Source: a virus (Duplodnaviria; Caudoviricetes). Taken from it: a stretch of 33,492 nucleotides of DNA. The stretch's first letter is position 1, and each line of letters begins with the position of its first letter. The notes beneath the pieces were generated by a model. It saw nothing but the letters and a program-made list of their open reading frames with translations. It searched no databases and was not told the origin of the DNA. Location: IMG/VR virus record IMGVR_UViG_3300038379_000694, positions 1 to 33,492 of that record; one strand, 5' to 3'. This document shows, one piece after another, positions 16,060 to 24,200 of this stretch. The position numbers and the translations under genes were made by a program.

Positions 16060-16470
16060 ATGAGTGAGCCAGGTTTGAAGGTAAGCCTCCAGGGGATGGA
16101 GGATGCGCAGAAACAGATGGCGCGGATCGAGCGGGGGCTGAAGGCATTGCAAAACTATACCGGGGTGGTGTTTAGCCGGCTGCCCTATGCCTATGGGATT
16201 GAGTTTGGCCGCCATCGGGTGAGTGGCAAGCTGGCCCGGCAAGCGGGCGGGTCGTTTTATATCCGGCGGGCGATTGATACGGTACTCTCCGGCGCGGATC
16301 ACGATTTGAGCGAGGGACTCTCTAAAGTGACGGCGCCGGGGGTGTGGGTGGTCAGGCGATTGGCGCTGTGGGCGCGCCGGCTGGCCCGGCAGAACGCACC
16401 GCGCGGATCAAAGAAGGCGAGGAGTTATCGCCTGTATCGGTCAATTCAGTATCAGGTGCGGAAGAAGTGA
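16060..16470 (+). CDS. Neck/tail-completion protein, HK97 gp10-like (start MSEPG)
   Basis: YAYGIEFG, FYIRRAID and LYRSI motifs; position. Confidence 0.72.
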   Translation: MSEPGLKVSLQGMEDAQKQMARIERGLKALQNYTGVVFSRLPYAYGIEFGRHRVSGKLARQAGGSFYIRRAIDTVLSGADHDLSEGLSKVTAPGVWVVRRLALWARRLARQNAPRGSKKARSYRLYRSIQYQVRKK

Positions 16471-16493
16471 GTCAATTGTCAATTGTCAATTGT
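16471..16493 (+). repeat. Heptamer repeat (GTCAATT) x3
   Basis: Read directly; a degenerate copy lies at 12301-12321. Confidence 0.9.
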
Positions 16494-16506
16494 TTAGGAG
16501 GCGGCA

Positions 16507-16941
16507 GTGGCTTTTAACAGTGTGGCAGTAGCAAATGCTTTGGTGGTGGTCCTATCCGGGCTGGCCGGAATGGGCGCGGTGCAGATTGGGGCACCGGAGA
16601 GCGTGGGGCCGCGGGTGAGCGCCTATGTGGCCATGGGCAGCCAGACCAGCAGCCGCAAGGTGACGGGGATAATGCAGCGGGAGAGCCGCTTTTTTTGTAT
16701 GCTGGCCTACCGGGTGGATGGGGCGGAGGCGACGGCGGAGACCACCCTGATGAGCCTGGTGGACGGGTTTTTGAACGCGCTGCACGTGGATTTGACCCTG
16801 GGCGGGACGGTGGCCAGCCTGGAGGCCAACAGCCAGGCGGCGGATGAGCCGGATTACCAACTGCGGGCGGGGAAGGAGTACCGGGAGTATCCGGTGATGG
16901 TGACGGTGGTGCAGCGGGATAGTTACACGGTAAATCCGTGA
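16507..16941 (+). CDS. Tail terminator (putative)
   Basis: SD AGGAGG; DLTLGGTV motif; directly upstream of the tail tube. Confidence 0.75.
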   Translation: MAFNSVAVANALVVVLSGLAGMGAVQIGAPESVGPRVSAYVAMGSQTSSRKVTGIMQRESRFFCMLAYRVDGAEATAETTLMSLVDGFLNALHVDLTLGGTVASLEANSQAADEPDYQLRAGKEYREYPVMVTVVQRDSYTVNP

Positions 16942-16970
16942 GTAGATAGTAGTCAGTAGTCAGTAGTCAG
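16942..16970 (+). repeat. Heptamer repeat (GTAGTCA) x3
   Basis: Read directly; related units at 3019 and 21146-21178. Confidence 0.9.
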
Positions 16971-16985
16971 AAAAAAGGAGGTTGT

Positions 16986-17966
16986 ATGGCAGGCGAATTG
17001 TGGAGAAGTACCTTCCAGATCGGGAAGGAGACGACGCCGGGGACGACGGTGGCGGCGACGCGGCGGATGTATTTTGAGCCCGATTCTAAATTGAGCCGGG
17101 AGCGGGCGGCCAGGCCACACCGCTTTGCGACGGGGACGCGGGATAATGTGCGGGCGTTCACCCTGGGGCCAACGACGGTGGGTGGATCGCTGAAGTTGCC
17201 TCTTTCGGCGAGCGAGATCATTGAGCTGCTGTTGATGGGGGTCAAGGGCGGGGTGACGCCGACGGGGGCGGGGACGCCGAAACTGTGGACGTTTACGCCG
17301 GGGACCAGTTTGGACCCGGCCACCATCGAGTGGAACGATGGGGCCAGGGTGTGGGAGGCGGGCGGCTGCTATGTGAACAAGCTGAAGATTGCCGGCAATG
17401 TGAAGGAAGAAACCAGCGTTGAGGCGGAATTGTTTGGGATCAACCTGGCCTCTTCTGCCTTGACGGGCAGCCTGACCGAGCGGACGCCGGATTTTATTGA
17501 GGGCTGGGAGACCAGGCTCTTTGTAGATGACCTGGGGGATACGCCGGGAACGACCCAGGTGACGGGGACGCTGCTCAATTGGGAAGTCGAGATTGATAAT
17601 CAGTTGGGCCGGAAATATTTTGCTGCCAACACCCTGAACGTGGGGGCGATTACCAGCGGGGAATTAGGGATCAAAGCTAAATTGACTTTTGAGGCCAGCG
17701 CGGCCGCGGCGGCGACGGAGTTTAGTAATTGGGATGGGGCGACGGAGCGGCTGGTGCGGCTGGATTTTGGCAACAATGAGGTGATTGACGGCAGCGATTT
17801 GAAGTTTGTGACGGTGGATGTGCCGGGGGCCTGGGATGCGTTTGATTTGGGTGGCAGCGATGAAGGCACTCGAACCTATGAGCTGGGGCTGCAATATGTG
17901 TATGACCCCACCAATGCCTTTGGGCTGCAAATTCGGGCGCAAAATGCGCGGGCGACGGCGTGGTGA
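16986..17966 (+). CDS. Tail tube protein
   Basis: SD AAGGAGG; IGKETTPGT N-terminus, EIDNQL; 326 aa; position. Confidence 0.88.
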   Translation: MAGELWRSTFQIGKETTPGTTVAATRRMYFEPDSKLSRERAARPHRFATGTRDNVRAFTLGPTTVGGSLKLPLSASEIIELLLMGVKGGVTPTGAGTPKLWTFTPGTSLDPATIEWNDGARVWEAGGCYVNKLKIAGNVKEETSVEAELFGINLASSALTGSLTERTPDFIEGWETRLFVDDLGDTPGTTQVTGTLLNWEVEIDNQLGRKYFAANTLNVGAITSGELGIKAKLTFEASAAAAATEFSNWDGATERLVRLDFGNNEVIDGSDLKFVTVDVPGAWDAFDLGGSDEGTRTYELGLQYVYDPTNAFGLQIRAQNARATAW

Positions 17967-18002
17967 CCTCACCCCCAACCCCTCTCCTAAGAGGAGAGGG
18001 GA
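17967..18002 (+). repeat. BoxC/REP-like palindromic element after the tail tube stop
   Basis: CCTCACCCCCAA-CCCCTCTCCT-AAG-AGGAGAGGGG. Confidence 0.75.
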
Positions 18003-18022
18003 GGAAGAATGGAGATTGATTT

Positions 18023-18403
18023 ATGGCTGAAACGAATGGGCACGCCTCTTCCGGGCGTCCTGGGGATGGCCCGCAGGTGAAGCGGCGGGAGGCGTGGGTG
18101 GAGCTGCCGACGGAGTATGAGGGGTTTAAGTTCCGGGTGTGGCTGAACGCGCCTTCGCGCTTGTGGACAGAGTTAACCGGTGAGAGTGAGGCCGCGAGTC
18201 TCACGGCGCTGCGCAGCCTGGTGCTGGAGCATAATGGCTGGCGGGATGAAGAGGGGCAGCCGTATCCACCGGCGAGCGAGGCCAGGTTTTGGGAGGAGAT
18301 CCCGACCGAATTGGCGGCGTGTGTGCTGGTGGCGACGCAGGTGGAGATGCAGAAGCTCCCAAACTCGATGGCGCCGCAGAGACGGCGCTCCAAACGTGGC
18401 TAA
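18023..18403 (+). CDS. Tail assembly chaperone (gpG-like)
   Basis: Between tail tube and TMP; slippery site near the 3' end. Confidence 0.8.
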   Translation: MAETNGHASSGRPGDGPQVKRREAWVELPTEYEGFKFRVWLNAPSRLWTELTGESEAASLTALRSLVLEHNGWRDEEGQPYPPASEARFWEEIPTELAACVLVATQVEMQKLPNSMAPQRRRSKRG

Positions 18404-18582
18404 AGGCGACGAATAAGGACGGGTTGGATGTGCCCTGGGTGTATGTGCGACGGGCGGTGGCGCGGCAATGGAATGTGCCGCCGTGGATGGTGGATGAGGC
18501 GCCGGTGGATGAGGTGTTGATGGAGCTGAGGATTTTGGAGTTGGAGGGCGAAGCGCAGCGGCGCAGGGGCGCAGGGCGCTAA
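18358..18582 (+). CDS. -1 frameshift extension (gpGT-like) of the tail chaperone
   Basis: In-frame C-CCA-AAC heptamer (18358-18364), hairpin GCGCCG-CAGAGA-CGGCGC 6 nt downstream, open -1 frame PKLDG...W.VPPWMVDE. Confidence 0.82.
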   Translation, partial: PKLDGAAETALQTWLKATNKDGLDVPWVYVRRAVARQWNVPPWMVDEAPVDEVLMELRILELEGEAQRRRGAGR

Positions 18583-18665
18583 AGTGTACCCTTGCGGTAT
18601 AGCAGGGGAGCAGGGGAGCACACCCCTTCGGGCTTCCTTGAAGGACTGAAGGGCGGGAGTAGCAA

Positions 18666-20291
18666 ATGGCGAATTTGAACATTGCGATTCAAATAGCGGC
18701 GAAAGATGCAGCCAGTGGGGTGATTGGTCGGATTAAGGGCGCCCTGGGGGGGCTGGGTAATGCGGCCGGCACGGTAGCGACCATTGCCGGGGGCGGTTTA
18801 TTAACCGGGATCGGGGCCACGGTGGCCGGGCTGGGCGCGGGCGCGGTGGCCGGGCTGGATTTTAATAATTCGATGCAGCAAGTAACTGCTCAGCTCAACG
18901 CTTTTACCAAAGACGGAGAGAAAAGCGCCCAAATTTTGGATATGATCAAAACGCGGGCGGCGGCCACGCCGTTTGCCTTTGAAGATATGGCGCGGGCCAC
19001 TACCTCGCTTTTGCCGGCAGCCAATGCCAGTGGGCTGGCGCTGGAAGATTTGGTGGCCCAGGCCGAAATTTTGGCGGCCAGTAATCCAGCCCAGGGGCTG
19101 GAAGGGGCGGCTTTTGCGCTGAAGGAGGCAGTGGGGGGTGATTTTACCAGTATTATCGAGCGGTTTAATTTACCCAGGGCGTACCTGAACCAGTTGAAAG
19201 CAGAGGGCGTGCCGGCTGCGCAAGCGGTCTCCATGGCGATGCAGCAACTGGGGCTAGATTCTAGCCTGGTGACGAATTTGGCGGAAACAGCCCAGGGCAG
19301 ATGGTCCACGCTAAAAGACACATTTGTAAATTTGGCGGCGACGGTGACGCAGCCCATTTTTAACGCTTTTAGCGGCTCTTTGGGACAATTAAACCAATAT
19401 TTAGCCGATAATGAACCGTTGCTGACGGCAATGGCCGAGGGCCTGGCCGGCCAGGTGCAGGGGGCTATTACCTGGATTGTTCAAACTGGAATTCCGGGGA
19501 TGATGGCGGCCTGGGGCTGGATCACGGGCACGGCGATTCCCACTTTGCAAGCCTGGGGACAAACAATCGGTGATTTTCTACAGCCGAAGTTTGAGGCGTT
19601 GAAGTTAATCCTGGATGGATTTATGGCGGAAGTATTGCCGCCGCTGCAATTGGCCTGGGAGACATTGGGGCAGGTATGGCAGGCGGAGATCGGGCCGGCC
19701 CTGGCGGAGTTGTGGGGCAGTTTGAATGAATTGTTTATAGCCCTGGGCCTGGGTACGGAAAAAACTGATTTTTGGGGCGCGGTATTGGGGACCTTGAAGG
19801 TTTTTTTGGATGGCGTGGTGGTGGCCGTTATTGCGCTGACGCCCATTATCCGGGGATTGGCGGCCGGCATCAACTTTGCCATTGACCAGGTGCGGACATT
19901 TGTGGATGGTATTACCAGCCTGAAGCGGGCGGCGGAGCAGATTATTGCTCCCCTGCAGGCGGTAGCGGATAAGATTGCGGATTTGATTGCCAGCGCGCTG
20001 GAGATGCCGGATTGGCTGATTCCGGGCAGCCCGACGCCGTTTGAGGTGGGGCTGCGGGGGATTGGGGCGGCGGCGCGGAGTATGCCGGCCCTCACCCTGC
20101 CCTCTCCCAGCGGGAGAGGGGAAATGGGTCTTTCCCTGCCCTCTTCCAGAGGATTGGGGCCAAATTTTGCCGGCGTAACGTTTGGGCCGGGGGCGATTGT
20201 GATCAATGCGCCGGGCGGTGAACCGGGCACGGTGAAGCAGGCGACTGAAGAGGGGATGTTGGCGGCGTTTCGGGCGGTGGGACTACGATGA
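18666..20291 (+). CDS. Tape measure protein, 541 aa
   Basis: IAAKDAASG N-terminus, AAATPFAFEDM, T..GRWSTLKD, periodic W/F in Ala/Gly-rich helices, SPTPF C-terminus. Confidence 0.92.
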   Translation: MANLNIAIQIAAKDAASGVIGRIKGALGGLGNAAGTVATIAGGGLLTGIGATVAGLGAGAVAGLDFNNSMQQVTAQLNAFTKDGEKSAQILDMIKTRAAATPFAFEDMARATTSLLPAANASGLALEDLVAQAEILAASNPAQGLEGAAFALKEAVGGDFTSIIERFNLPRAYLNQLKAEGVPAAQAVSMAMQQLGLDSSLVTNLAETAQGRWSTLKDTFVNLAATVTQPIFNAFSGSLGQLNQYLADNEPLLTAMAEGLAGQVQGAITWIVQTGIPGMMAAWGWITGTAIPTLQAWGQTIGDFLQPKFEALKLILDGFMAEVLPPLQLAWETLGQVWQAEIGPALAELWGSLNELFIALGLGTEKTDFWGAVLGTLKVFLDGVVVAVIALTPIIRGLAAGINFAIDQVRTFVDGITSLKRAAEQIIAPLQAVADKIADLIASALEMPDWLIPGSPTPFEVGLRGIGAAARSMPALTLPSPSGRGEMGLSLPSSRGLGPNFAGVTFGPGAIVINAPGGEPGTVKQATEEGMLAAFRAVGLR

Positions 20292-20354
20292 ATCAAGCGG
20301 GGGAGCAGAGGTGCAGAGGTGCAGGGGTGAATTTTTTCTCCTGCTGATTAAGCT

Positions 20355-21134
20355 ATGTATTACTTTGACGAATTCGATGGGCTGGCCTTGACCTGCCTGG
20401 AATTGGATAGCGGCGGCCAGGCGGCCGGGGATTATATGGCGCTTTCGGCGGGCCAGTTTGACGCCAATGGGGCTGAGGTGACCTATCACCGCGGCCTGAC
20501 GGTGGGGGCGAAGCTGCTGCTGTTGGGCAGTACGCCGGGCAACCTGGCTACGGCGGGGCGGGCGCTACAGGCCAAAATTGGGACGCGGGGCAAACTTTAC
20601 CGGCAGTGGTGGGATGGCCAGCGGGAATGGGTGTATGCCCGGCTGGTGGAGGTCAAGGGGAGTACCAGCGGCCAGAATATCACCGATCAGGAGGTGAGCG
20701 CCCGCTGGCAGGTGGAATCGCCGCTGTGGTCTGGGGCCAACCTGGTTACGGTGAACGCGACGATCACCACTGCACCGCAGAATGTGACGCTGGCCAATGG
20801 CGGCAATGCGCGGGTGCGCGCTGCGGTAATCACGGTAACGGGCACGGCTACGCCGGTGACCAGTGTGAAGATTGGGATTAGCGGGGTGTGCGAGTTCAAT
20901 TGGAGCGGTAGCCTGGGCAGCGGCCACAGCCTGGTGATTGACACGGGGGCGCGAAGCGTGAAGAAGGATGGGGCGGATGATTACGCCAATTTTGGGCTGA
21001 CCGCTAATCACAAAATCGCTGAGTGGCTGCGGCTGGGGCCCGGTAACAATACGGTGGTGGTGACCATAACGCCGGGCGGGGCGCTGTCCCCAGGGACGGC
21101 GGTGAAGTTTGAATATTATGACTCCTGGAGATGA
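20355..21134 (+). CDS. Distal tail protein (Dit-like)
   Basis: NGGNA, LVIDTGARSV, WLRLGPGNNTV motifs; follows TMP. Confidence 0.82.
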   Translation: MYYFDEFDGLALTCLELDSGGQAAGDYMALSAGQFDANGAEVTYHRGLTVGAKLLLLGSTPGNLATAGRALQAKIGTRGKLYRQWWDGQREWVYARLVEVKGSTSGQNITDQEVSARWQVESPLWSGANLVTVNATITTAPQNVTLANGGNARVRAAVITVTGTATPVTSVKIGISGVCEFNWSGSLGSGHSLVIDTGARSVKKDGADDYANFGLTANHKIAEWLRLGPGNNTVVVTITPGGALSPGTAVKFEYYDSWR

Positions 21135-21222
21135 GATGAAGGGATGTCAGTAGTCAGAAAATTCTCTGATCTGACTACACCCCTTCCGGGTGTCCTGGGG
21201 ACTGGCTACTAAAGGACTGATT

Positions 21223-24200
21223 ATGGAATTCTGGATTGACATTCAAGCGAGCGATGGGACCAAGTATGGTTCCGGGCCGATTACGACGGCGACGGGATGG
21301 GAGACGACGGCCCGGCTGGATAGAGCCGGACGTTTTTCTTTTGAGCTGCCGGCCGGGGATGCGCAGGCGGCTTTGTGCCAGGCTAAACGGGAAGCCTGGT
21401 GTTACACCATCATTGAGGGGGTGGTGAACCTGGTGGGGGCCGGGATTATTGATGAGTTAGAGACGAAGCTGAACCCGGCCGGCGCGCCGGTATTGCGGGT
21501 GGCCGGGGATGACCTGCTGCGGGAACTGACCTACCGGAGCGTGGGCTTTTTGGAGGTGGTAACGCCGGCGGGCCAGGCCAGCCCGGACGCGCTGAGCGAG
21601 ATTATGGCTGAAGCGCCGGGGGATTGGGAGCTGGATACAATTTATGGCCACGCGGCGACCGAAAATGAGGTGTATGCCAAATTTGCCGGGGAGACAGTGC
21701 TGGCGGCGCTGAACAAGGTGGGCGAGCATACCGGCGAACATTTCCGCCTGGGCAGCGGCAAGAAGCTGATCTGGCTGCAAGATGATTTGACTGACAGTGG
21801 GATGCGAGCCATTGGCCAGGCCGATCCCAGCGCGGTCGGTGAGAATGATGAGGTTTGTCTCATCACCGAACTGGCGGAGAGCCAGGGTAGCTATGATTTA
21901 TGTACCCGGCTGTTTGCTTTTGGGGCGGGCAATGGGCAGGCGCGGGTGAGCCTGGCGGATACGAGCGTATCAGCGCACGCGGGTTACGTGATTGATAAGA
22001 GTAATCCGAAGGGGGCTAACCTGACCCATTCCGCGGCCTTTGGCGAGTATGGGCAGATTGAGCGGTTTTTGAGCTGGAAGGAGATTAGCCCCATTTCTAA
22101 CACGGATGCGGATATTGAGAGCGCGGCCAACGAGTTGTATGCGGCGGCCTACCAGTATTTGGCCCGTTACAGCCAGGTGCAGCAGAGTTATCGCCTGGCG
22201 GTGACGAAGCTCTCGAAGCCGGTCTGGCCGGGGCAGAAAATTAGGGTGATCTGGCGGGAAATTGTTGATGGCTACGCCGCGGTGGATATTGACGCCGATT
22301 TGACGGTGCTGGAGACGACGACCAAGTTGGATGCGGCGGGGATGAGCACCACGGCGCTCCAGGTGAGCACCATTGACGCCTGGCCGCTGACGATTGGGGA
22401 GATCATCGCCGGGCAGTTGGAAGAGGCCCGGCTGATGGACGGCCATCCGCAGACGTTTGCCGGGTACTACTCTGAGGGGCTGGGGAATTTTAATATCAGC
22501 CCCACCTATAGCGCCATCGCCCGGTTTAAGTTTGATGACCGGATTACGCGGCTGGTGAGCGCCAAGCTGCGCTTCCAAACGGCGGCATTTGAGGCCACGG
22601 CGACGGCGGCGGCCAGCGGTGGGGGCAGCAGCCAGACCTCTTCGAGCGGCGGGGGCAGCAGCCAGTCCAGCAGTTCCCAGGGCAGCCATACCCACACGGT
22701 GGGAATTACGTTATATGGCGGATACCGGCTCAACTCGACCAAAGTGCATTGGGATTACCAGAATAACGAGTTTCATCTGCCGGATGTGGGCAGTGGTTCG
22801 GACGAGTCGCTCAATCGAACCTCATCGTCGGGGGGCAGCCATAGCCACAATGTGTCTATTCCCAACCACAGCCACAGCGTGACCATCCCGGATCACACCC
22901 ATCCGCTGCAATATGGCATTACCCGCAGCGGGACCTATCCGGGCGGGGTGACGATCTGGGTGAATGGGGTCAATCGCACCTTTGAGTTGACCGGCTCGAC
23001 CAGCCTGGGATCGGCTGGCGGCTCGACCGGGATGGTGGAGGTGGAGCTGGCTAATATTTTGAACCTGGATTTTAGAAGGGAGCACACGATTGAGTTGAAA
23101 TGTTCAAGCGGGATGGGCCAGATTTTGAATGCGGCGCTGCGCTGTTTTGTGATTGTGCAGGCCATTTTGGCGCTGCCGGAAGGTCCCACTTCTGCCCCCA
23201 CGCCAGGCGAGCCAACGGTGGCGGTGGCGGCCACGGCGGAGGGCTGGCGGGTGACCTGGTTGGCGGTGAGTGGGGCGGAGAGCTACCGGCTGTACGGCAA
23301 CACGAGCGGCGTTGACGCGGGGGCGGAGGAGATCACCCTGACGACCAGCCGGGAGGTGGTGGTTCCGTATGCGAGCGGTTTCACCTGGTTTGCAGCGACG
23401 GCCATCGCCGGGACGAATGAGAGCGATATTGGCCCCTGGGCGACGGATACCAGCCCACCGGCCAACCCGCGCTGGGTAAGCCATCTCTATCAACCGGCCG
23501 GGCATTTTGTGCAGTGGTATCATGCCGATCTGTCGCGGGTGGAAAATTTTGTGCTTTACCGCAACACCTCACCGGCGGAGGCCGGGGCGACGCTGGTGGA
23601 TACGGTGGACGGGACCAACACCAGCGGGGTGATTGGGTATGGGGCCGGGGGCGATTATTTTGGTATCCAGGCGGTGAGCTACGCCGGGATCAGCTCGGCT
23701 ATTGTGTGGACCGGCCAGTATGATCCGACACCGGGGACGCCGCTGGTACAGGCGAATCTGACCGAATTGGGTTTTGTGGTGAGCTGGGGGGCGGTGGCCA
23801 ACGCGGCTCGGTATGAGGTGGAGGGGGCCACGGATGACCAGGGCACAGGGGCGACGCAGCGCTGGAGCGGCCAGACCTTATTCACCCCGCCGCTCCTGGG
23901 GTCAAGCTGGTTCCGGGTACGGGCAATCGGGCTGGATGAGAGCGCGGGAGATTGGTCGGGCTGGGTGACGGACAGCAACCCGCCGCCGCAGCCGCTGATC
24001 ACCACCACGCCGGGGATAAAAACGGTGAGCATAGCCCTGGCCGCGGCTGATACTAGCCACAGCTCTATTGGCTTTAGCCATTATGTGCTGGAGCGGGCCG
24101 ATGGCAGCAGTGGGACGGGGGCGACCACGTTGGACAGCCAGGCGTTGTACTCATCATTTCCGCGGGTGTTGAGCCAGGTAACCGGGGTGACGAAATATTA

